From: Lytechinus pictus | Lineage: Eukaryota | Reading direction: 5' to 3' | Assembly: GCF_037042905.1 (NCBI RefSeq) | Contig: NC_087245.1 | Coordinates: 17,422,001-17,486,000 of the forward strand | DNA: 64,000 nucleotides | In this document: in pieces, positions 21,415 through 32,400 of the stretch | How the letters are laid out: every line of letters starts with the position of its first letter | How positions within the stretch are numbered: the stretch's first letter is position 1 | Notes under the pieces: generated by a model | Told to the model about the DNA's origin: nothing | Seen by the model: the letters and a program-made list of their open reading frames with translations, nothing else | Databases searched by the model: none | Program-made: the position numbers and the translations under genes

Positions 21415-22440
21415 CTGTTCAAGTTTTTTTGTAACAGAAACCTTTGTGAAAGCAGAAGACATACAGCTAGATTAATAAGAGAAATGCATATTCACAGGAG
21501 TCTTTGCACTGGTTCTTTCCTGTGCCGTTGCATTTACTCTTCATAACCTAGTGACATCAAAGTTATAAAGAATGCGCCAATTGGTGAATTTGACTCGAGT
21601 TGATTTTTTTCATTCTGCTCCCCTTCCTCTATAATTGTCACTATCTGTATTTTGTATTGCTTTCTTTCTACATGTACCTTTCCTTTGCTATGATATGACC
21701 TTGCCATTAAATTATATTTATGTATATCAAAATTATGAGTATAATATTGCTTTTCAATGAGATATTATAGAGATTTCAAGGTTTCAAGCCTTGATATACA
21801 CTGCACTGATAAAGATTATTGCCAACTTAGATTAAGGAAAAGTTTTTTTATCAACAACTTATGGAATCGTGTAAACACACACATAAATTTCTATATCGAT
21901 GATTCATTTGAACTTCAGGTGTATTTTTTTCACACAGAGGGCAATATATTTAGTGTTATATTAGATGGTTTTTATGTTACAGTCATTGCTAGACGAATTG
22001 ACTTCAACATTCATTTAGATTGGTGTATCCATGGCAGTCATGTGGTGTCATTGTAACATCACAAACGTAGTCTAAAATTAATTGTACTGTTAATGATGTA
22101 AACGGATTGATTCTTCTTTTTATGATAGTCAGTCTTTGGTCTTGCAAACCGGCAAATGGCTAAAACTGGATAAAAATATAACATTTTCACTTAAATGCAA
22201 ACAGGTACATGAATTTGGTATGCATGAACCTCATTCTGTAGAAAGAAATTATTACGTCTTTTTATGTGAGAGCATGGCTATACAATTCAAAGTACATGTA
22301 CTGTTATAATCTTGCTGTAACTAAAAACCAACTTTAAATTAGGGTGGACTTATCCATGAATACAAGTTCCTTTTTGTTTTGTTAACCATATTTGGGGATG
22401 GGTAGTGTTGTTTATTGTAAATTATTGAAAAACACTATGG

Positions 22441-22491
22441 AATAAAAGATGCAATACAATTATCGAAATATTCTCTTGTCCACACTTTATT
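22441..22491. terminator. Candidate convergent poly(A) signals of BECN1 (+) and MED1 (-)
   Basis: AATAAA on + at 22441-22446 and on - at 22491-22486; strand composition switches from T-rich to A-rich around here. Confidence 0.4.
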
Positions 22492-23942
22492 TTTGCTGTA
22501 TATTTTTGTACATGTATAATATTAGCATGCATATCATTATACATGTACTTGTAAATAACAAAAAGCCCAGTGCAGAAACAAATGTTTACAGTTCATGATC
22601 AAAAACTCCTCACAAATACAATATAAATTCAATTTATAGAAAAAAAATAACGATGCATACAGTTATTTTTTACATGTAAATTTACCATTTCTTCACTTGG
22701 GTACAACAGTGCAAGAAGATCAAATTCAGCCTTCACCCAAAGGCTCAACACATCACATTCAGCACATGTACAAGTATATTACATGTAATTCAAATAACCC
22801 TTTTCAAATTTACTTTATCTGCTAAGATTTCTACATGTTTAATCATGCACCTAATATTTACACATTTTCAAAATAAATACATAATGTATATGTAAACTGA
22901 CATTTAATAAAAAAAAAAAAGGCTAAACAATTTATGTCCAAAAAGCTCAAATTGTAACCAGATGTGTTGCTCCTACATATTACAGAAAATAAATTCCAAA
23001 CAAGCAATTTTCTGTGATTTCATCATATCTGCACCTACAGGACACAGACAGCATATTATAATAATGCAATACCAAATTATAGGCCATGTCCACCCCAACA
23101 GAGGAGGATGAAACAATTGTCCCCAGTGCTGAAAAATTGTATTGCAATGGAGTTAAAATTAACTTTGGCTTCATTTCACATATATATAACAGTCACATGC
23201 ACAATTCAATTAGGTCACCAACTCGCTGATTTTGCATTGTATTATTTTTACATGAAACATCAGCCTCCCCCCATACTGTAAAATATGGTTTTGACTCCAA
23301 CTTGATCATATGGAAATGCCATTATTGACTGCTAGTTCATGGAATATGGGAAATATCTACTTTCTTGTTCCATATTTCATAAGGCTGGAGATCCGTATTT
23401 CTTAAGAACAAGCAGGATGTAATGATTTTATCTCTTTAAGTGTACCCTAGGCCTTATATTATTGTAGAATAAGGGGAAATCAAGTCAATAAGTTCTTCAA
23501 AACTGCACTTTGTGAGCATATCTTGAAATGAATGATTCATGGCACAGTACAAAGAAAGCACACTTTGCCATTAAAATTCAATTGATGCGCAAATAGTAGT
23601 GGGCATCGCGATACTTGAATACGCATGTAATGTGGTCTTATATTACATAGTTGAAATCAGCACTGGGCATGCATGTAACAATGAAAACATCAACATTACA
23701 ATAGCTAAACATCAAACAGGTTATACAGCTACCTGTTCGATTTTTGTGACCAAGTAAACTAGGTAAATACTGGTTTGTCTCACTAACAAATCAACCAATC
23801 AGATTACAGAATTCTAGAAAGAAATAGCCCACTAAGAGATAATGTGTGTCTTCGATTGCTCTCCCATTGCACACATTCCTTGCTTGGCATAGATATGTTT
23901 TGTGAAATAAAGCACAAAAAATACATAGTTAGGGAGACTTAA

Positions 23943-24328
23943 AGAAAATAACAGTTGTGGTAACAATATGAAAATGGGTTTGAACGAAATCCAATTAAAT
24001 TATCACCCAAGTGTTTGGATGTATAAATAACAATATGTGCCAAATGTCTCTGGAAGAAAATGCATCATTGCTGAGAAATGAGCAAAATAAGCACAGAATT
24101 CCATGTCGGGTATTTTTCCAAGCAGTATTAATACACTATCCCACATATGGTTTTCTGTGTTAGAGATTATCAGAATTATTAGTTTTGAGCTAAGATTTCA
24201 TGATTTCACAAATATAAGTTTACATTAATGTACCAGATCTAGATATATGATAATATGGTGACAATTAACCTTGATTTAAAAGACTTTCTCATGAAATAAT
24301 TGTTTGCTGCAAATACGTTCTTTTACCT
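23943..24328. mobile_element. Degenerate TTAA-target MITE
   Basis: TTAAAG...TTGTGGTAACAAT / ATTGTTTGCTGCAA...CCTTTAA. Confidence 0.45.
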
Positions 24329-24469
24329 TTAACATTTTAACCAAAATATTTTGCCAATCAGCATTCAAAAATATGTCAAGTCTGAATTTTTTGTTGATTA
24401 TTATGACAAAATGAGTTGCTTTTATATTTTGTTAGTTACATGTACGATGAAGAACTTTGCAATGTTTAA

Positions 24470-24883
24470 AGGCGACCGCACACCTTACGATTGGTCTGCG
24501 ACCCGATTTCAGAATAAAATGTGATAGAATTTGATGCTAATATTGAGACTTGGATTATCTTACTGTGTAATGTTCTAAATCATCGTACGAATTCCTATGT
24601 TCAAATCTGTGACTATGCTCTCATCCTTATTAGAATAAAAGCAAATTTAATATCTAGTCGTAATGACGTCATAGCGGTCGTACGATTGGCTACGATTTGA
24701 AACTTATTTTGCCTTTACTCCAAAATAAAGGCTTGCAATCTTTCAAAATGGTTATATTAGTATTCTTTCAATTAATTTAACCTCAAATAAAATGATATGT
24801 TCCATTCACATTTTCAGAAAATTTGCAAAATGCGATTTTTTCCAAAATCGGATCGCGAACAGTCATAAGGTGTGCGGTGGCCT
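24470..24883. mobile_element. Harbinger/Tourist-like MITE
   Basis: TIR AGGCGACCGCACACCTTACGA / TCATAAGGTGTGCGGTGGCCT, flanked by TAA on both sides. Confidence 0.75.
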
Positions 24884-25205
24884 TAATATTGAATTATGAT
24901 AAAACTTTTTTTAGGTACAGTGAATGTTCACGAATGAATGATTTTCCTGAAGGCTTTATCATAATTATTTTCCTAATAAAAGGTACATGTAACAGACCGT
25001 ACAAGCTGGTGCTTTGATATCACATCCACAGATTCAACATATCAAGATTCAATGTGTAATAGGCAAATTCATGTGAAGAGCTCCTGATAGGTAATGCACT
25101 ATACAACTTTTGTTAACACCTGTGAGGTGCCTCATGATTAAGAAAATCTAGCTCAGCTGGTATTTCAGGATTCTGATTAAATGGAAATACCACTGACAAA
25201 CATCT

Positions 25206-25352
25206 GGGTCCCGTTTCATAAAGCTTGTTATAATACCTAATTGCAATAACAGTTTCAATCTACTGAAATCCTGCAATTTGATTGGTCGATTCAAAATGTG
25301 TCACAGAAATGTTGCACTTGTTACTGTAACAAGTCTTTAAGAAAAGGGACCC
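25206..25352. mobile_element. Small MITE; related elements at ~26050-26210 and ~21220-21392
   Basis: TIR GGGTCCCGTTTCATAAAG / CTTTAAGAAAAGGGACCC. Confidence 0.6.
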
Positions 25353-26850
25353 TGATCTGCTTCTCAGATGAAATTAAATGGATTACTTAACAAATCCACT
25401 TATTTGTCAATGAGGATGCCAACCTCATAAGAAGAATTCAGTCATGTCAGGGTTTAAAAAAATGTATTTTGGGTGGTAAACAGTATCTTTTACTTCTTTG
25501 CGATAGACGTTTGTAAAATGCAAATTTTGGGGGAATAATAAAAAATATATTGGAAAAAAAAATATTATTTGCATTTCTGTTCTTCTATCTGCCTATAGTC
25601 ATTAAAGTAATTCAAAAAAAAAAAATTCCCTTAATCAAGAGTCAGAATAAAAGATTATTCTATTGGGTAATTCTGTATGCACATCCAACCACTTGTATGC
25701 AAGACCTTCCTGGAATGATTCATCTCCACTTTATTCTTTAATGATGAAGAAGTGAAATGATCTCAAATCATCATGACTTGGGTAATTAATGAAGTGGAAT
25801 TAAAGTTGAGAAAAATTGAGGATCTGATGGACAAAATGGATGAATATTGTGAAAATATCCTGCTTTCAAGTGAATCCTAAAAAAAAAAATCAGTCTTACA
25901 GATAGACCAAACACTAATATACACTGCATATTGGAAGAAATTTCTACACATCCCATGCTTATCTGTTTACAGAAATAATAGAATTATATGATAACAAAGT
26001 AAAAACCCAGGAAGAAAAAGACACTTTTGATTGTTTGTTGAATATTACTGGGGTCCGTTTCAAGAAAGTTGTCAGCACTGACAAGTGGTCTTTCTCCGAC
26101 AGTTACCATAGAGACAGTCAGAGGCCAGTGCTCCTTAGCCAATAAAAACCAAGGATTTCACTGAAATATTCAGCACTGACCATTTAGTCAACTTTGATGA
26201 AACACCCCCCAGGTATGTCAGGTTAAGCAATAAATGCTAATCAATGATCGTTACAAGACCTTCAATATATGCTTAATCAGTTTCCAACATTGAAGGCAGG
26301 TTTCATAGGAAAAACAAAATTGAATGTGATTTGAGATTCATAATCAATTTACCTTTATAGTTAATTTGCTGTAATCTTCCTGATTGAATATGAGATAAAC
26401 AATACAACCATCAAATCATCTATGCGGCACAATGCTTGTAGACTTGTGACAGACGTCACACTGTTTGTAAACTCACATACAATCTTGAATTCAAATGATA
26501 GAAATATTGCAATCCAAATGTGTGCCGAAATAAATTCAGAAATATATTTGTGCTATAAAGCAATGCTATAAAATGTCTACCTCTCTGTTTCAAAGTTCAG
26601 ATGAGAAGGTGTAATGCTCTCAAATTATCTTTGCTGGAGCAATTGCAACATGGAGTAAAAATTGAGAAAAACAAGGGTCAGTTTTACAAAAAGTTTGATA
26701 TTTTATGAAAATGCTCTAAAATTGATTTTATTCTAAATACTTGTGAATTATTTGGCACTTCATATTTTATTCTTTCATAAAGTCATACGTAACTTTACAA
26801 ACATTGTGATAAACTATCTCACTTGCCAAATGCGAGGAACTGATAAGATT

Positions 26851-29800
26851 CTAAACATCATCTGTCTGAATACAACTGGTGAGTGCTTCATCCATCAAAT
26901 CATCATCTATCCTACAAGGACTTCTGCTGATACTATCTGAACCAATACTCTTCACTGAGGCAGGAGATCTTCCTATTCCCAAAGGTGATTGGGCAAGCTG
27001 TCCTAGAGGAGAGTGTGCTACAGCACTTCTGGGCGATGTAGATCCACCCTCTGTCTGGGTATTGCTGTTCCTGCTATCCGGCCTAGGGGAGCGTTGAGGT
27101 TTCTGCTGCAAACTGCTTCTGGGAGACTGAGGCATGTCAATGATCATGCCAAATTCATCATCGCTCTCAACTGGGCTGTAGGGTGTTGGAAGTGCACACA
27201 CTTTCTTTGGAGGTGGGGGCTGACTACCTATTGGTGTTGCTGATCGCTTAGTTGTGGCCTTCGGACTTAAAGCACTTCCTGGGCTGGGGACACCGCTGGC
27301 AGATGGAAGCGGGCTTGGTGCTTTGGGTGAGTAAGCAATTACTGGTTTGGGAGAGCTGGCAGGTTTCATCAAAGGTCTGGGACTCACTACAGAGGACTTT
27401 GGACTTGGTACCATAGCGGGACTTGGCACCTTGAAGTCAATTCCTTGAGGTTTTGCTGTAGATACTTTAGTCACCTCTTCAGAAACTTCTTGTTTGTCTA
27501 TTCCCTTAACCTCTGGTACAATGTTCTTGGAATCAGACTTTCTTGGTTCATCTGCTTTCAATTTCTCTTTATCACACTGTGAAACAGATTTGATCAGTGG
27601 AGGAGTGACTTTCGGCTTTTGGACTGGCTCAGAGAGCTTTTGTTCAGATCTAATTGATGTTTTTCCATCCTGGCTTCCACTACTGAATGTAGGCTTCGAG
27701 TCTTTGGATACAGTTCTCGCGACAGCCGCTTTCGGAGACTTTGAATAGTCACCATCTTTGTCTTTACTTGGCCCATGGGAGTCCTTTCTTGCCCTTGGTT
27801 CTGTTGGTTTGGATTCTGGTTTCTTAGAAACGGCAGATGGCATCTTGGAGCTACCACTGTCAGAAATTCCTTTAAAATCTGGGCGCTGACTGCTCTGCTG
27901 AGATTGTGAGCTTGTTTCTTTCCCATTGTTTGGTTTAGTCTTCATCAACAAACTTTGATCTGCTTTCAATGGCTTCGGTATAGGAGCGACTGGCTTGCTA
28001 TCAGGCTTTGTTGTATCTGTTGTCTTTGGTGTTACAGATGATGGTTTCCTGGTTGAGTCTTGAGTTGGTTTGTTAGATGACACAGTCTGATGTTTGACTG
28101 ACGGAGAAGGGACGCGAACCTGGGATGAACCAGCTTGCCCTTTACTGATACTTGATGCAGAAGATCCTTGCCCAGAAACAGTAGAATGTGACACAAGATC
28201 TGAGTGCATGGCAAGTTGCACCTTGGTAACTTTTTGTTGTCCCTTCTCTGGTGACTGGTAAGTTGACAAGGAGTGGCTGAGAATGATTGGTCTGGTTCGT
28301 TGAACAGGGGATGCCCCAGGCCTTGGTTTAACAGGGCTACTCATGGATGTCGGAGTTGAACTACTGCTGCTTAATGGCGACGGTTTGCTTTGTTTCAGGG
28401 ATATATTTTTCCCTGTTGGACTGTTTGATCTTTTCTGAGAGCCAGTCAAGGGTGGGGTGCTTACTTTAGGAGGGCGAGACTGAGACAGAGGCTTCGGAGA
28501 TGATCTACCCTTGACTGAACTGGATCCTTGGCTGGCTGTAGCTGGATTGGGAGTCAATGCACTTGGTTTACTGCTCATTGATGGTGACGGTTGACGGGAA
28601 GGTAACTGATTGCCAGCAGATGATACTTTCGGAATTGTTGTTTTGGAACTGTCCAATTTCGTCAGAGGGATTGTAACAGTTTTGGTCTCCTTACTTGTAG
28701 GATAATCAGCTTTGGAACTAGCAACAGAATTGTCTTCTTTAGATGCTTGAGATTTATTGGTTCCAGTCTCTTCAGTCTGATCAGAGTCTTTAGTTTCCTT
28801 CTCTGGTGCATCCATGGTGTTCTCATCACTATTTCCTGATGTACCAGATCCAATCGCACTGAAGAGCCCTTTTCTTTCAACTTTTTCAGTCTTTTCAACC
28901 TTCTCAACTTTATCTGTCTTTTCAACCTTTTCATTTTTCTCCTTTATCTTATCAATGATGCCCATGAGTGAGAATTTTCTGTTTCCACGCATACCAGACT
29001 TTGGAGTTGCCAGCTTAGCAGAGTTTGGTCCTGCACTATTGGGTGTGCCAACAGATGATGGCGTCGGAGGCGATGTTACTGACGGTGCTGGCACCTTAAC
29101 ATTTGTAGGAATCACAAGAGGCGGTGGTCTATTTGAAAGAGTTGAACTTGTCTTAGTCCCTGTCACAGCAGGTGATGACTTCGACAAAGGAGCCAGGTCC
29201 ATTGGTGGGGGTGTGACTGACTTGGAAACGGGTAAAGTAGTTGCAGTAGCACAAGAAGTAATTGGGCTGGATGTGGTAATTGGTGCAGAAGTTGGAACTG
29301 AAGAAGTAGTTGTTGTTATGCTAGAGGATGTAGAACTTGTGGTTGCTGTAGATACCAAGTGGACTGTTGATGAGCTGGAGGATACAACTGTAGAAACAGG
29401 AGAACTTGAAATGACTTTTGTATTTGAACTTGAACTTGTGCTGCTTGAAGGTGTTGTAGTACTTGAACTTGTTGCAAGCGATGAAGTCTTAATAGAAGAA
29501 GTGACAGTGGTGGCTTGACTGCTTGATAATTTACTTGATGCTGATAAGGATATAGGATTTGTTGGTAGTTTTGATGTTATCCCAGCTGAAGTTTTTGGTA
29601 CAGGGCTCACTGTACCAGATGGCTTAACTTGTGAGCTCATTGTCTTTGTAACTCCAGTTGTTGGACTTGATACCATTTTGCTGGTAGCTTGAACAGCTCC
29701 CACACTTGCCTTGCAGGAATTAAGGCTTTGTATTGGTGTTGACAATGATTTTGAGAGAATATTTGGTCCTGTTTTTCGAATACCCTGGCCTACTGTCACT

Positions 29801-32400
29801 GGGGATCTGTTGCCACTTGAAAATGGTTTCCCTTGTCTCATTGTACCATCTGATTTCCTTCCTGATGGGTTAACTGTGCCAAAACGCTGTGTTGATACCA
29901 ACTTTTTGGTAGATCCCACTTTTGATGGATCTCCTTTACCCCACGCAGACTTCTTTGGAGAAGATGACATTAAAGTTTTATTTGAAGGTGAAGGACTGCC
30001 AGCAGTCTTTGGAGTAGTGAGGGTCTTGGTGTTTGGCAACTGTTTACCCTCTGATGTTTGCTTACTGATTTTTGGAATGCGAGGCATATTTGCCAACTTT
30101 GGAAAGAAATCAGCTATAGGTGACTTTGGAACAGGACTTGGTTTCTGGCCACCTTCAGTCGGTCGAATTTTCTTCATGTGCTCATTCTTTAACTTTGGCA
30201 CATGTGTCATGGGAGATAATTTAGTGATTCCCGTTTGTTTTACAGATGAGTGCTCAGATTTGACAACAGTTATGTCATGGCTGCCTTTAGATAGCTCTTG
30301 AGACATTACTTTGTTGGTGTGCTCTTCATGTCTGTGAGATGTTGGAACGTCCTTCTGAGGTTTTGGCAAACTCTCCTCTTTCACAAGCTTTGGTTCTTTG
30401 GGGATTTCAGTTTTAATTACAGGTGGCTCCGTCTTGGCAGATTTGACGATGGTCTCTACTTTCTCGGGTTGTTCAACCCTATGTTCTGACTTCACAGGAG
30501 GTTTCTCTTCTTTGGTTTCCCTTGCAACAGGATTTGGAGATGGAGTAGCGGAATCTCCACTTGTCATAGCTCTGATCTTGATTTTGGGAGCAGGACCTGG
30601 GTCTTTTGCCTTCACTTTTTGGTCTCTGTCAGGCTTGTGACGAATGGTTTTGAATGTCATTTTAAGTGGTTCCTCTTCATTGACAGCCATGGTTATGCTG
30701 GAATACTGTGCAACATCTTGACATGGTTCTGGGGAGGACTCACTACTGTATTCTGGCAGCCTTCTTTCTTTCCTGAGTCTTCCTGGTCTCCTAAGCTTCT
30801 TGGTCTTTGGAGCATCTGAATCAGAAAATCCTCCAGTATCCTTCAACCCCTTGCGTCCACGTTTCTTAGATTGTTTTGGCTTTTCAGACTGAAATGCAAG
30901 ACTGGACTCAATGAAGTTCTTGGGTTTGCCTTTGGACACTGGAACCCTTGGACGAGTTGCTGGCAATGACTGTGACAGGTTGGTAACACTTTGCATATTA
31001 GGCCCAGGTCGCCCTCTTTGAGCTGTGTGTATAGCTGGGATACTCATGCTCTTTGCAAGGTTAGCTACAGTCAGATCAAGTGCTCCTGCACCCATTTTCA
31101 TGTCTGTCCTTGTTTCAAGCCCAGCTTGGATGGCTGTAGAGAGTGGCCCTGGTGTCAAGGTTGAAAGAGAAACTGGATGAGGCAAGTCTGTAGAAGTTCG
31201 CTGTGGGTCATCAAAGTCTGAGCCTGTCGGAATACCCATACGGGCTATAGCTGAACTAACACTTGGTAAGCCACCAAAATCATCATCATTGTCAAACCCT
31301 GCAGCATCTTCATTAATGTCAAGAGAACCATATTGTGATCTAAAGCTGGATTGTCTATTCATTTCAGGAGAAATGTTTGACCGGGGAGGATCTGGCAACA
31401 AGTCTTCATGAAACATGTTCTTTGAATTTTGTGAGAATATGTCAGAGTCCATACTTGTTCTGGAGTGCAATGGATCACTCTTCACCCCAGCAGGTAGCTC
31501 ATCCATAGATGGATGTTCTGGTGTACTCAAAGTACTGTGGGACATTGTCCTGGGGGGAGCAAAAGTGGGAGTTGTTGGAACTGATGGAGTGCTTGGAGTC
31601 TTGGGGCTCTGACGAGGACCGACACTAGATTGAGAGCTGGTACTGTCTAATCGACAAGGTCGACCTCGCTTGGGTTTAGCAACCGGTATGATAGGGGCCT
31701 CAATCTCTGATAGAAGGGCTGAGAGCTCCCCTGTGTGCACTGCTTTGGGTGGGTCCATTGCATGGCTTCCCAATTTGTGAGGCTCTGAGAGTCTGTGATG
31801 AAGTCCTGGTGGGCGATGAGCATGGATATCATCAAAATCATGTTCCTCTTCACTCTGCTGTCGCTTTGGTGACTTGTCCACACTGACTGATCTTCCACGT
31901 TTTCCCCTGCGTATCATCCTTCCCATCGAGCCAACAGGTTGAGCAATGGCTGCTACAGGAGTAAGAGTATTCTGTTCCTGCAGAAGATTCATCAGCATTG
32001 GGTTCTTGTGAGGCTTTGGTCCGGATGCCAGAGGTGGTGACGACATAGGTGATGGGGACGGAGGTGGAATGGATAGAGAGGATGTGCTGACTGCAAGAGC
32101 CGCATGCTGTAGGAGACTTGCCAACATGGGATTCTGTGCCACCTTGGTGGGTTTATCTCCATGGATATCGAACCCCTCTCCATGAGGCAAGATGGCTGAC
32201 ATGGTGGTGGTAAGATCACTCAGGATACTATGTGATTGGAGTTGGTGTGAATAAGATGATTGGTGTGGGCGATGACTTGGAAAGAAAGTAGTTCCATGGC
32301 CACCACCACCTCCAAGGCCACTATGACGATGAATACCACTCATAGGATCAAAAACGGAACCTCCTGATGGACCAGAAGATGGAGCTGGTGGTAGGCTCAG
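26851..32400 (-). CDS. MED1: MED1 giant terminal coding exon (1849 aa; NR boxes + S/T/P/K-rich disordered region)
   Basis: Phase-0 CAG acceptor at 32403-32401, 19 codons upstream of the ORF-track Met at 32343; open to the stop at 26851. Confidence 0.95.
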   Translation of the reverse strand: MSLPPAPSSGPSGGSVFDPMSGIHRHSGLGGGGGHGTTFFPSHRPHQSSYSHQLQSHSILSDLTTTMSAILPHGEGFDIHGDKPTKVAQNPMLASLLQHAALAVSTSSLSIPPPSPSPMSSPPLASGPKPHKNPMLMNLLQEQNTLTPVAAIAQPVGSMGRMIRRGKRGRSVSVDKSPKRQQSEEEHDFDDIHAHRPPGLHHRLSEPHKLGSHAMDPPKAVHTGELSALLSEIEAPIIPVAKPKRGRPCRLDSTSSQSSVGPRQSPKTPSTPSVPTTPTFAPPRTMSHSTLSTPEHPSMDELPAGVKSDPLHSRTSMDSDIFSQNSKNMFHEDLLPDPPRSNISPEMNRQSSFRSQYGSLDINEDAAGFDNDDDFGGLPSVSSAIARMGIPTGSDFDDPQRTSTDLPHPVSLSTLTPGPLSTAIQAGLETRTDMKMGAGALDLTVANLAKSMSIPAIHTAQRGRPGPNMQSVTNLSQSLPATRPRVPVSKGKPKNFIESSLAFQSEKPKQSKKRGRKGLKDTGGFSDSDAPKTKKLRRPGRLRKERRLPEYSSESSPEPCQDVAQYSSITMAVNEEEPLKMTFKTIRHKPDRDQKVKAKDPGPAPKIKIRAMTSGDSATPSPNPVARETKEEKPPVKSEHRVEQPEKVETIVKSAKTEPPVIKTEIPKEPKLVKEESLPKPQKDVPTSHRHEEHTNKVMSQELSKGSHDITVVKSEHSSVKQTGITKLSPMTHVPKLKNEHMKKIRPTEGGQKPSPVPKSPIADFFPKLANMPRIPKISKQTSEGKQLPNTKTLTTPKTAGSPSPSNKTLMSSSPKKSAWGKGDPSKVGSTKKLVSTQRFGTVNPSGRKSDGTMRQGKPFSSGNRSPVTVGQGIRKTGPNILSKSLSTPIQSLNSCKASVGAVQATSKMVSSPTTGVTKTMSSQVKPSGTVSPVPKTSAGITSKLPTNPISLSASSKLSSSQATTVTSSIKTSSLATSSSTTTPSSSTSSSSNTKVISSSPVSTVVSSSSSTVHLVSTATTSSTSSSITTTTSSVPTSAPITTSSPITSCATATTLPVSKSVTPPPMDLAPLSKSSPAVTGTKTSSTLSNRPPPLVIPTNVKVPAPSVTSPPTPSSVGTPNSAGPNSAKLATPKSGMRGNRKFSLMGIIDKIKEKNEKVEKTDKVEKVEKTEKVERKGLFSAIGSGTSGNSDENTMDAPEKETKDSDQTEETGTNKSQASKEDNSVASSKADYPTSKETKTVTIPLTKLDSSKTTIPKVSSAGNQLPSRQPSPSMSSKPSALTPNPATASQGSSSVKGRSSPKPLSQSRPPKVSTPPLTGSQKRSNSPTGKNISLKQSKPSPLSSSSSTPTSMSSPVKPRPGASPVQRTRPIILSHSLSTYQSPEKGQQKVTKVQLAMHSDLVSHSTVSGQGSSASSISKGQAGSSQVRVPSPSVKHQTVSSNKPTQDSTRKPSSVTPKTTDTTKPDSKPVAPIPKPLKADQSLLMKTKPNNGKETSSQSQQSSQRPDFKGISDSGSSKMPSAVSKKPESKPTEPRARKDSHGPSKDKDGDYSKSPKAAVARTVSKDSKPTFSSGSQDGKTSIRSEQKLSEPVQKPKVTPPLIKSVSQCDKEKLKADEPRKSDSKNIVPEVKGIDKQEVSEEVTKVSTAKPQGIDFKVPSPAMVPSPKSSVVSPRPLMKPASSPKPVIAYSPKAPSPLPSASGVPSPGSALSPKATTKRSATPIGSQPPPPKKVCALPTPYSPVESDDEFGMIIDMPQSPRSSLQQKPQRSPRPDSRNSNTQTEGGSTSPRSAVAHSPLGQLAQSPLGIGRSPASVKSIGSDSISRSPCRIDDDLMDEALTSCIQTDDV

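Noticed and set aside
28814-30301. Plus-strand ORFs of 234 and 196 aa
   Set aside because: Antisense shadows of the S/T-rich MED1 exon.
32343-32343. Treating the 1830-aa ORF as a standalone single-exon gene
   Set aside because: An in-frame splice acceptor at 32401 links it to 14 or more upstream MED1-domain exons.
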